DNA of 63,973 nucleotides, filler included, from Pseudovirgaria hyperparasitica (Eukaryota), in NCBI GenBank assembly GCA_010093815.1. It is 5 parts of 5 records of this genome, joined end to end, with 100 filler letters (N's around TTAATTAATTAA, not from the genome) between each part and the next. Parts side by side here need not be neighbours in the genome. Positions count along the whole stretch, not along the records: positions 17,336 to 45,239 come from ML996602.1; positions 45,340 to 61,118 come from ML996604.1; 3 more parts are not named here. The stretch is one strand, 5' to 3'. Every line of letters starts with the position of its first letter. The first letter of the stretch is position 1. The translations under genes and the position numbers were made by a program. Shown here in pieces: positions 37,145 to 48,692 of the stretch. Below the pieces are notes generated by a model. The model was not told where the DNA came from. It saw nothing but the letters and a program-made list of their open reading frames with translations, and did not search any database.

Positions 37145-37651
37145 ATCCGTTTATCCATAGTTACATGAGAAAGCTTGGCAGTCGGCGCACACATGTCGCG
37201 CGCGCACACGAACCATAGTATAAACGACATTTTTAACTATTACCACTATATTATACCTCTATAATTATAAATACTACTATATACTAATCTTAAATAACCC
37301 TAAGAATATATCTATACTCTTTTTATTACTTTAAATTACTTATAATATCTCTAAAATTATAGAAAAAGAGTAGAGAGAGTAGATTATAGAGAGAGGTTCT
37401 TAGATCTAGCTACCTATATACTCCTATATTTTTTAGGCGCTCTAGAAGAATATAGAGAGGATATTAAAGATCTATAGTACTATATATTAGTTATACTAGC
37501 TTTCTTCTATTATATATTATAGTTTTATATATTATAGAGGGATAATACGGTAGTAATAGGTAAAAATGTCGTTTATACTACGGTTCCTGTGCGCGCGCGA
37601 CATGTGTGCACCCTCTGCCAAGCTTTCTCATGTAACTATGGACAAACGGAT
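37145..37651. mobile_element. MITE-like element, type A, copy 2 (507 bp), inverted relative to copy 1
   Basis: Same TIRs; interior is the reverse complement of the 34202-34707 interior with many substitutions. Confidence 0.88.
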
Positions 37652-38715
37652 GTACTAACAAGGCCAACAGGACTAGAACTACCCCATTCTGATTCGCGTA
37701 ACGCTAAAACTATTCGAGACTTGCCCTCGTTCCAAGAGATTGAAATTGGTTCAGAGAAGAGATAATACTGATCATTTCACGAACAGTACGCGAGTAGTCA
37801 GCGTGACGTACATGGCATACCATTCAAGGTCCGCACCACCATGAATCTGGGAAACAAATGTATGAGCAGCAAGATGTCCGAGAGATGTCAAGACAGGAGA
37901 CCATCAAGCGCCTAGACCACCCTCGAAGAATCTTCATGCAAGATGTTGGAAATCGTGGGAAGATCGTTCGCTGATGAAGTCAGCTTGCTAGCCTGGAATG
38001 ACTTCTCACACACCCAATCAACATCACTGGAGGGCTACATAGCCTATCCTCGACTTGCACGCAGTGAAAAGAGATCAGCTGGATCAAGGCACCGTATATT
38101 AGATCCTGGCTGCATAAACATCCCAAATTGCAAGAGATGTCAAGAAACGTGAATTAGAGGCCAGTTCTCTTTTGTTATGCCATCTCAACAGATATGGCGA
38201 TTGTAGATATCTATGAATCTTGCATATGTGTTGGTTTTTTAATAATGCAAAAGACAATTCATCCATAGGGCAGGGGAAGGTCTAGAAGTACACCTTCGTT
38301 CGCAAGATATACCAGACCGCTGAACATAGTAAGCACAGGTGAATATCTTCGGTACCTCATATAACTATGCTTGTCATTTGATTGGATAACTGGGCATGCC
38401 GAACCTAGACGTGGCGTGTTGTGATGGATCCGGATCGCTAAGTCTGTCACCTAGACCGTCTGCTCAAACCGGTCAGACCCTGACTTCCAATCCGAGGGCG
38501 CATAAGTTTTGTATCCACCTTACCGCGCCTCCATCATCTACTTTGCGTCTCTCAAGAGGCTAAGAACTACACATGTCGGTCAAGGTGGAAACCCTACATA
38601 TCAGGTTTGTAAGTGTGGTTGAGATCGGCGGTATATACGCTCACGTCACTCGTTCGGCTGGTCAAGGTTCTGTAGACTACACAAGTATCGCGCGACTACA
38701 ACAACGAGACAGAAA

Positions 38716-40418
38716 ATGCTACCGTCCTATACGACTGAGAGAAACATACAAACTCTGTCCACAAGCCTCGACTGTGCTGTAGAGGTGCAGTCTCCGCAGG
38801 AACTGCTCCTGCGTGCAGGTCGTTCGAGGCCTGCCGAATTCACATCCAGAGGAAAGGAATTCGGATTCGTCTACGCAGTGGTCATGTCACAGGTCCTGAC
38901 AGAGTACTTCACATCAGGCTTCAATGTGATTCTACCAAAGATCACGTTGGCGCTTGAGATCCCGCTAGGAAAGCAAACGTGGCCCGCTTCAGCTTTCCCT
39001 CTGACAGTGAGCGTTCTGTTACTACCCTTTGGACGACTCTCAGGTTGGTCTAGGACATAAGGCTCGTGACCATCACTCATCGATATCGCAGACAAGTACG
39101 GTGGATTTCCCGTCTACGTCTGAGGGCTGGCTTGGTTGGCGCTATTCTCGGGTCTTGCTGGGCTCTCACAAAATGAGATTCTCCTCAACGTCTACCGGGC
39201 CCTGCAAGGGCTTGGCCTGGCCGCGTCTCTACCATCCGGTCTTATGCTCATAGGCAGTACATACCGACCTGGACCCCACAAGAACCAGATATTCGCACTC
39301 TATGGCGCTGCAGCTCCTCTTGGGTTCTTCCTTGGTATCCTTACTGCAGCGTTGTGCATCCGATACGCTACCTGGGGGCTGTACTTCTACATTGGAGCAG
39401 GTATATCAGCTTCGACTGCAGTAGTCGCCTACTTCACAATTCCTTCCGACACTTCACAGAGAAAGAGTATGAAAACCAGTCTAGATATTGTCGGTTGTGT
39501 CCTGCTTCCGGCTACTATGATCGCGATCATCTTCGCAATCACCGAGAGTACCAGTGCCCCCAGAGGATGGAGATCCGTGCATGTTGTGGGTGCATTTGTT
39601 GCAGGCTTGTTGCTTCTAGGTGCTATGGTCTACTACTAAGGGTGGCACGCTGAGCATCCACTCCTACCTCCAACCATCTTCCGAGTGAAGTACATGCGGC
39701 CCATTTCTCAAATGAATCGCTGAGTATTTATATGCTATACTGCACCCTCTAGTAGGTACTGTAACATTTTCCCATATATTTGACTGACGAATAGATAGTT
39801 TGGCGAAGATTATGGATGCATCACCGTTGCAACTTGTCGTATGGTTCGTCCCAATGGCGCTTGGTGGTATATTCATTTCACTACTTGGCGGTCGTGTTCT
39901 ACATCTTGTTCCAGGGAGCTATATTATGGTTGTTGCTGGTGTTGCCTACGTCCTCGCTCCTCTGTTACTCATACTTGCTCCCCCAGGAGCCAGCTACTGG
40001 CACTACGCTTTCTTTGCGATGGTTTTTGCAACTATCGGGATTGATACGACATTCACAGTATCGAACGTCTTTGTAGGTCTTTATCCCTCCCGCCTAGAGC
40101 CTAGCCTAATCCATATAGTTGACAACCCATGTCCCGATTCAACATCAAGGGGCTGCTGGAGCAATCAGTGGAAGCCTGGTTCACCTCGGCGCTGCGCTTT
40201 TCCTAGGAAGTGCAAGTATCATGTCGGTCAGGAAGCAGCCTGAAGGAGAGCTCCAGAGCTTTAAAGCAGTCTTCTACCTAGAAACTGCTCTGGCCGCTAC
40301 CTCACTGCTTATTATGGTAATGTTTGTTCGTGTAGACCAGGCAGTCGCAGATCTTACTACCGATGAGAGAGCTGAGCGTGAGGGTACTACCGGCTATGTC
40401 CGTGGATTGGCTCCATAA
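38716..40418 (+). pseudogene. MFS drug:H+ antiporter (DHA2, Atr1-like), probably a pseudogene
   Basis: LLLPFGRLS/DKYGG, YRALQGLG, GAAAPLGFFLG, HPLLPP motifs; introns present; in-frame stops TGA (39121) and TAA (39637); apparent deletion near 39700-39760. Confidence 0.85.
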
Positions 40419-40699
40419 ACGATGAAGAAATGATTGAGCCTTGTTCAACGAGATGATTAATGATGCGAAAGTCATTTCCTGCGATGTTGCCAAGCGATAA
40501 CGCTGTCCGAGGGAAGCGGGTGAGGCTAAAGAGATCCGAAGCCGAGGCTGTATTATGACTCTAGAAGCCAAATGTCTTTGAGTTCACCTGGCTAGATAGA
40601 GCTTTGACACCAAGGCAGTTCAACAGAATTAATCTTGTCGTTCGCACTTTTGGATACTCCATAATTCTACAACTGTCTATCACAAGTCGAGAGAATTCC

Positions 40700-41631
40700 T
40701 CAGCCCCAACGAAGAATCGCTGTACTTGTCATTACCGTGAAAATTGCCGGTATGAGTGCGCCAATGCTTAGACCCTTCAAACTACCGTACCTCAAGTCAA
40801 TCCATGACGGGAGCAAATCCGAAATGCTACCAAGCTTCGATAAAAAGCCGAGTATCACCGCGAAGATCATAAGGCAAAGCAAACTGAAAAGGAGCGTCAC
40901 CCCCCCTCTGACCTTCTTCGAGTCTAGACCTGGGACACAGATCAAAGTGCGTTGGAATGNNNNNNNNNNNNNNNNNNNNNNNNNNNNNNNNNNNNNNNNN
41001 NNNNNNNNNNNNNNNNNNNNNNNNNNNNNNNNNNNNNNNNNNNNNNNNNNNNNNNNNNNNNNNNNNNNNNNNNNNNNNNNNNNNNNNNNNNNNNNNNNNN
41101 NNNNNNNNNNNNNNNNNNNNNNNNNNNNNNNNNNNNNNNNNNNNNNNNNNNNNNNNNNNNNNNNNNNNNNNNNNNNNNNNNNNNNNNNNNNNNNNNNNNN
41201 NNNNNNNNNNNNNNNNNNNNNNNNNNNNNNNNNNNNNNNNNNNNNNNNNNNNNNNNNNNNNNNNNNNNNNNNNNNNNNNNNNNNNNNNNNNNNNNNNNNN
41301 NNNNNNNNNNNNNNNNNNNNNNNNNNNNNNNNNNNNNNNNNNNNNNNNNNNNNNNNNNNNNNNNNNNNNNNNNNNNNNNNNNNNNNNNNNNNNNNNNNNN
41401 NNNNNNNNNNNNNNNNNNNNNNNNNNNNNNNNNNNNNNNNNNNNNNNNNGTTTTAGAGTCAGTGCTGGGCACCGCGTCAGCCAAAACATGTCTTACCTTG
41501 ATGATTGCGATGCCCTCGCGAAGCACTCTCTTATTTGTAGCAGCGTATAGCGATACTAGAAGACAAGCCAAGGCGGCAGCACCCAGGCCAACAGGCATGA
41601 GGCGCTTCCAGGGATACACGCGGGTCTTCAT
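40700..41631 (-). CDS. Membrane protein spanning an assembly gap (possibly SUR7/PalI-like)
   Basis: N-terminal TM segment LGAAALACLLVSLYAA and two C-terminal hydrophobic helices on either side of ~490 N. Confidence 0.3.
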
Positions 41632-42266
41632 GGCTAATGCGAGTTGAAAGCTGGGAACTTAAGTCCTGGGAACAGAGCAGGTGTGTCAAGATCAATACAT
41701 GGCCCAGTATCGATTGGGCCGAGAGTTTGATTATATATTGAGGCCACAGCCCAAAATTGGGTTTGTATCTTAAACGCCCTGGAAAAGACATATATCGAGC
41801 ATGGGGACCTAGAGCAGCATGCATCTTCGAATCGGGATGCGTACGTAAGTCCTTCCTGTGACTAAAGAGAGGGGGTCAGGATTCCGGCCTTTCACTACGA
41901 AAGCGAGGCTGCCAAGAACTTACTGAGCTTCCTGCGCGCCCTGTAGCTCTCATCACTGCAAGTGTTAAGCAACTCTATTCGACGGATCGAAGCAGCAGCC
42001 TTGTCCGTCCCAGTTCGACCTGTCTCCGGGACTCGCGCCACTCGCGCCTTCTAGGTCCGCTGGCCATGCCTGTATAGTGTATGTCTCCTGAGAGCGATCA
42101 GGCATGTCGTTCACGATCCGCTCTAGGCTGTTGCACCATCCTTGCAGGAGATACACCATAGATATATCGCTCAGTAAGATTATGACCTAACCACGGCTCA
42201 CGGCGAAAGCGCTCATTGAGGAGGCTCATACTAGTCCTGTCATGTAGATCTTATCCCTCGACCAAT

Positions 42267-42767
42267 ATGGCCCAGAGCTCCCACCAAGATAGTATCGCTA
42301 GACACGAAGTCGATATACTTCAAGAGAGGACTGCAAAGTTCCTAGGAAAGGCAAGAGTCTTGCTTGATTCTCTACAGTTTCCGAAACAAGTGTTGGTCGA
42401 TCTACAACGACACAATGTCGACCGGCTGAAGCGGGTGTTTGAGCTAGAAGGCTGCCGACGTCTAGAACCTGATCGTCATATTCCAGCACTTATCGACGCA
42501 AAGGACCTCCAAAGTGCACTTGAATACACCGCAACCGACCATGTCACATCAGAAACTCTGCTCGATAATCCAGACGCACTACCTCCCCTCTTGAAGCTGC
42601 CATCGCATCTCTCCATACAATGCTTGCGAGGAAAGCATCGTGTTACCGCAGCCAAAGAGACGTCAGTGCTAGAAGCGACTGATAGGTGGTGGATCGTTGA
42701 CCTGTACTCTGCTGGTAGGTTCATGTCGCTGCCAGCCGTTTCTGCACCTGAACTCGAGCCTTCCTAG
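42267..42767 (+). pseudogene. DUF3723-family protein, first exon only (Starship-associated gene family)
   Basis: FLGKARVLLDSLQFP..NVDRLKRVFELEGCRRLEPDRHIPALI..PPLL..IQCLRGKHRVTAA..DRWWIVDLY, then GTAGGT..CCTAG intron; no downstream exons recognised. Confidence 0.75.
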
Positions 42768-42955
42768 ACAGTACAGGAGGTGTGCTAAACAAAGACGCGA
42801 GCAAGACTCATTTGCGTGGGTGTGTCTGTACTAGTGCAGGATCATATTGCACTACGCCATATATAGCTTAGATAATCCTTTTCGACCCACATGTTAGTCG
42901 GAGGGAGCATGACCGCGCCTTAGAAGCAGAACATGTATGAATACTACAGCGGCAA

Positions 42956-43810
42956 GTTAGGTTCCGACAACGCCAATATCAGAACCGTCTAGACCAGGAC
43001 ATCATCGAGCGGGAGGACTTGATTTTGATCCCGTATATGACCAAATCAGATCAGTAGCCTGTCCGTGCCGGGTTGTCGCACTCCAGCGATATGCTGCGTG
43101 CGCCCTGTGAGAAAGTCTAGGGTCAAGACTAATGTACCGGCGTTACAGATAGAACCATTCTGAAAATCTGAATAGGAGGTCAACATGGCGTGTGTGACCC
43201 AGGCTAGCTGAACCATTCTGGGGTCTCTAATGATGCCAGGAGAACTTGATGATCCGTGGGATGCTCGATGCGGGTGTCGTAAGCTCGTGGTGTGATGCTG
43301 ACATTCCTCATATATTCGTGAGAAATCTCATACTGTTCTTTAAGCAGGATGTGGGAGAGCAAATCGTGGCGCAGAGAAGCGTTTTACATTTCGTAGCGTA
43401 AAAATCGAGACACAAACTCCCGAGTAACTTTTCGCAGGGCAGCCTCTCCGCATCGCTGAGATGCTTATGACTTGACTCTGTTAATCATACGCATCCCTCT
43501 AGTGTGTCCGAGAAACTACACATTTTCTGGCACGGTCACATATACTTCTACTCAGGCCAACCATGACAGGAATGATGGCCTAGGTTGGATCGAACGAAAC
43601 TCCTGTAGCAGTATATCCTCGTTCTCGCCTGGAACTGAAGACGGGATGCCGACAATGTCTCACTTCCACCCGAATATGAACGCCAGTCGATCAATAGACC
43701 GCGGATCCACAACACCCTGACAGCTCGATCAATGAGCAAGAGTCACCATCTTCGGCACTGGGAATGATGCTGGTGAGTATTATGAACAAGCGAGAAAAGC
43801 TGCATCTCTC
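42956..43810. repeat. Longer copy of the inverted duplication (partner 25690-26333)
   Basis: Direct comparison; retains four blocks missing from the partner. Confidence 0.9.
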
Positions 43811-46156
43811 CAAGATGAGAGATTCTCAAGCATGAATTTCATAATTTAATAGGCATATCTCATTTCGTTAGCCGAACACGCAGTCCGAAATTTCACGTGT
43901 CTGAGTGTTAAGCAAAGCAAACGTTCCAGCTCCCCTGCAGACTCATGCTCTTATAAAGCGACGGCATGCATCCCATTTCCAAGCCCATGTTCTCCACCTC
44001 GCCAACCATGTCCAGATTCTCAGTCTCGCTGTTAGCCAGCAAGTTGACCAGCGCTTCGTCCCGAGGAGCGCGGAATGACACAGGGATACGACACAGTCCA
44101 GTTGCATATTTGTTTGGCTCGCTCATGGAGTCTCACCCATTCTACATATACCAGACATTGCAAGAGGCTACAGCGCAATTGTCGAAGACCCCTTCGAACA
44201 GGAATTGGACTTGAGCGGGTACGGGACATGTCAAATCGCTGGAGAGACCAAATGACTACGGGAGTGGTTATATTACTTAGACTTGAAAATAGCGGTGCGC
44301 CCTCAATGGCGTGGAATCGGGTCTCGACCCTGCCTTACTTCAATAGGGATATATATATAAGAGTCGTCTAGGCGTACGAAAATCTTCTATATAAACTTAA
44401 ATTTACCGTATTTTTACGCTACTTCTTCACTCCAGACAGACTATCTACTAAACTTCAGTTCAACTGAGTCAACTTCAATTCTACTACTAGAACTGACAGC
44501 CCGGTTCAAATATACCGCGAGGTAAACTAAAGTGCTTCAGGAACTGAACTGTTTGTTTTATAGGATATTGACATGAGAAATCGAGGCTCTTACCCAACCG
44601 CAAGACGTCCCCAATGATGCTAAAATCGTCTTGAGCGCCCTTCCACATTACGGCTATCTTTAGTACCAGGAAGAAAAATGGGCCGGACCACAACCAGTGC
44701 AGTGTATTTATGTCTGCTATGATTATGAGACAGCAACAGACATCGAGCACATCATCTCCGAGATAGACTCCTGTCGAGAACAGCTGCATACGACGACCCT
44801 AGAGAGACTGGTAGAGGAAAACATGAACTTGGCGCAGCAGATCCGCATGTATCGTATGTATTGCGACTCGATCCAGCGAGCATCAGATATTGCAGTATTC
44901 CCCGGCGTGAACAAATTAGATTTAGCTGGATATGAATAAAAATCCATGTTACTGCCTGCCTTTAGTAAGTGTCAAATTGGAGAAGCAGCTTAACCAGACA
45001 GAGGACTAACCAAGGCGAGAAAGGAATACATGCGGTGTCAGGGCGTTGTTAGCAGGCATGATCATGGGAAGTGAGCATACTTTCCATGCCAATCGACTCA
45101 ACTTTTTATTAGACTGCCAAATGGGAATAGTATACAACAGCTGGCGTGTAAATTATTTGTAAAGCGTGATGCTTTCATGCTGAGTCCAAGCGGTGAATCC
45201 CTAAAACGGATCGAATAGGATAGTCAAGAAATCCTTTCCNNNNNNNNNNNNNNNNNNNNNNNNNNNNNNNNNNNNNNNNNNNNTTAATTAATTAANNNNN
45301 NNNNNNNNNNNNNNNNNNNNNNNNNNNNNNNNNNNNNNNTCGATTATAAAGAGTAATAGAATAATAAAAAGGGTGCTAGGGGTAGTAAGAGTAGCGCGCG
45401 TGTTTAGCTAAGGTAATATAATACTAATATAAGACGGGTTCTATCTATAGTATATTAGTATATATCTAATTCTACTAGCTATATAACCGTAGCGTGTATA
45501 TTTAATTAAGATATTAATATACCGGTATAAGCCGGCGTCTATCTATTTTATATTAGTATACGCCCGGTTCTACTAGCTATATTATTACTATAATTATATT
45601 TATATAAGATCTATACTAATAATTAAACATTTACTTATATACTTTACTTTCTCTATACTTTACGAAATTATATTATAATTAGTAAACGCGGTAACTTAAT
45701 CTCTACTATCTAAATATAGTTTTTAACTCTTATTACTACTAACTCCGTCTTATTACCTATAACCTAAGTTATATATAGGAATATATAAGTATAGCGAGAG
45801 TTACGACCGTCCTAGCTTAACTACTAGCTATAGAATAGCTAACTATAATATACACGTATAATATATAGAGGCCTTAAGTATTAGCGCCTTTCTACCGTAT
45901 ATCTAGTATCTCTAAGGCCTATACTAACTATCTAAAATAAGTTATAGTATATATAGAGATACTATTATTAAGATAGTACGCGGAAAAGTATTATAAGAGC
46001 TTAAAAATAGTAGTATAGACGCTACTATACTTATTAGAATAGTTAAGAAAACTATTACTAAAGAATTTAATTAGTATATCGCGGCTATAGATAGTAAGTT
46101 AGTACTAATAGTTATAGCTATAGATACGACGAAGGCTAAACTAGATATAGATATAT

Positions 46157-46567
46157 TAGCTATAGATACCTAGTTATAGTTACTATTAGAATATAAAGAG
46201 AAAGAGAATATAGAAGATACTAAAATAGAAGACAACGTAATAAGTATACTTAGACATATATATATACTTAGTACTAGATACTAATATTAGAGTAGTATTA
46301 AAGATAGATACGGCTATAATTACTAACTTAGATAATCCCTCTATAAGTACTATTATACCTAGTAAAGCTTATATACGCGTAAATATACTAGCTATAGATA
46401 TATAGTTATAGTTACTATTAGAATATAAAGAGAAAGTAGATATAGAAGATACTAAAATAGAAGATAACGTAATAAGTATACTTAGATATATATATATACT
46501 TAGTACTAGATACTAATATTAGAGTAGTATCGAAGATAGATATAGCTATAATTACTAACTTAGATAA
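46157..46567 (+). repeat. ~178-bp direct repeat (46157-46335 and 46389-46567) in a RIP-degraded relic
   Basis: AGCTATAGATA...TACTAACTTAGATAAT present twice. Confidence 0.8.
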
Positions 46568-47198
46568 TTATATAATAGATATAGTTATACCTCTAGATAC
46601 TAGCGAAGCTTATCTATAGCTACTAGTAGTAAAGAGAATACTCTTAAATAATATAGTAAACCCTATAGATTCTCCTAAACGCTTAAAACTAGAATATAGT
46701 ATACTACTAGATATCGACCGGTAGATACTTAAGTACTAGAATCTAATCGGGTTAATAGACGATTTATATAGTAGAAATATATTAGATATATTAGATAATA
46801 TATTAGTAGATAATATTATCTTTATTATCTATTCTCTAGGTAATAAGCCTAACGAAGACGAAGTAAAACTAGATATAGATAATAATCTTCTAGTAGATAA
46901 TAACCTTAGTATAAAACTTTAGAAAGCATAAGTTATACTAAGTAGTAAGTAGAAATATATACTACTATACTAATATATTTATAGAGTATTCGCCGTTAAT
47001 AACTCTAATAAAGTAATCTAAGCTATCTCTTATTATACGGAAGAGATATAGTTATTTACTATAAGTATATTTAGACTTACACTAGATAATCTAATAAAGG
47101 ACTTTAGCTATATATCTATTCTATATCTAGTCTTTAGTATAAGTAGATTATATAAACTATAGGCCGGCCAATTACTCGTAGTAGTTACTATATTTAAG

Positions 47199-47790
47199 TA
47201 CATTAGGAAAGATACGGCGCTCCCAATGCTTCTAGGTCTCCTAGTACTTCTAAAGTTATCCTAAACGGGTCCCGGTACTTCTAGAGTTATCCCAATCCTC
47301 CCGGAGTCGTCCCGGTACTTCTAGAGTTATCCTAGTCCTCCTAGAGTCGTCCTAGTCCTCCTAGAGTCGTCCTAGTCCTCCTAGAGTCGTCCTAGTTCTT
47401 CTAGAGCCGTCCTAGTTCTTTTAGAATTATTCTATTAAACGTTAAGAAAACGTTTAATCCCGTTATATACTAGTATATATTGTAACGTCCTACTATATAC
47501 TAGTATAGTATAGTAATACTACTTTATATTATAACTATACTTTAAGTATCTAGGAATATTCTATAATATACCGGCGTATAGTATATCGGAATATTCTATT
47601 ATATACCGGCATATATAGTAACGTNNNNNNNNNNTAGTAACGTCCTACTATATGCCGGTATATAATAGTAATACTACTTTATACTATAACTATACTTTAA
47701 GTATCTAGGAATATTCTATAATATACCGGTGTATATTAGAATATTCCGTTATATACCGGTATATATAGTAATATCCTACTATATAACGGT
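47199..47790 (+). repeat. 25-bp terminal-like motif followed by 20-bp and ~158-bp tandem arrays
   Basis: TACATTAGGAAAGATACGGCGCTCC (again at 54777-54801); (GTCCTCCTAGAGTCGTCCTA)n at ~47230-47420; longer unit repeated 47480-47790. Confidence 0.75.
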
Positions 47791-48661
47791 ATAGAATAAA
47801 TATCTTATTTCTCTTTATATATAGATATATATAGATATATAATTATAAGTAAATAGTAGTTCGTATTTATACTACTATACTATCTAGTCTCTTAGAAGCT
47901 AATTAACTAACTACCTTACTTACTTCTATACTACTATATCTCTATAGAATTAAAGCTTACGCCTATTACTAGTATATTAGGTATAGCTATCTCTACTATA
48001 GCTATATCTTCTTTTTCTAGGTCTAAGGCTTATATTCTTATGCTTTTAATTATCTTATCTAACGTGGTAAGTCTAGCCTCGACCTCTAAATAGTCTAAAA
48101 TTAAAGTATACATATATACTATAGGCTGATATTATCTATAGCGATAATATCTTATACTTACCTATGGCCACGTCTTCTTATATAAGCATTAGTCTACTAT
48201 TACTATAAAACTAGTAATTATTAGGTCTTATCCTTCGTAGATCTATAAAGCTAATACTAGTAGAATATATAGAGAATCCGACTTAGTTAACCTAAATAAT
48301 CTATATACCTTATTTAATTCGGATATACTTAGGCCGGCTAGTAAATATACTAATATTTTCGCTTATATATATGGACGTAGTACCTATATATATTAGTAAA
48401 TTACGTTACTAGTAGATAGTATAATAATAATAATAATAATATTGTATAACTAGGTAGAGTAGTACTCTATAGGCCTATGCCTTCTCTAGTCTAAGCCACT
48501 ATATAAGAAGAAACCCCATAGGGAAAAACTTCCTTATGTCTATAACTACATCTCGTTAAGCCTCTGTTTCGTCTTAAGTATACAGCCATAGGGTACGCCT
48601 ATTAGCCTATAGCCTATATTACCGTTGTTTTACCCTTAGGTAGCACGTATAGGTGCGGAGG

Positions 48662-48692
48662 TTATTAGTCAAGGGCTACCCTTAACTAATAA
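48662..48692. promoter_or_regulatory. Shared palindrome copy 6
   Basis: TTATTAGTCAAGGGCTACCCTTAACTAATAA (keeps the unmutated GTCA). Confidence 0.8.

Noticed and set aside
40737..41647. Long ORFs of 197-239 aa in the ORF track
   Set aside because: Length is an artefact of translating through ~490 N.
17336..45239. Starship captain (DUF3435 tyrosine recombinase) or element boundaries
   Set aside because: No such ORF or boundary repeat recognised in the window.
47230..47420. CRISPR-like regular repeats
   Set aside because: Head-to-tail 20-bp units with no unique spacers, no cas genes, eukaryotic context.
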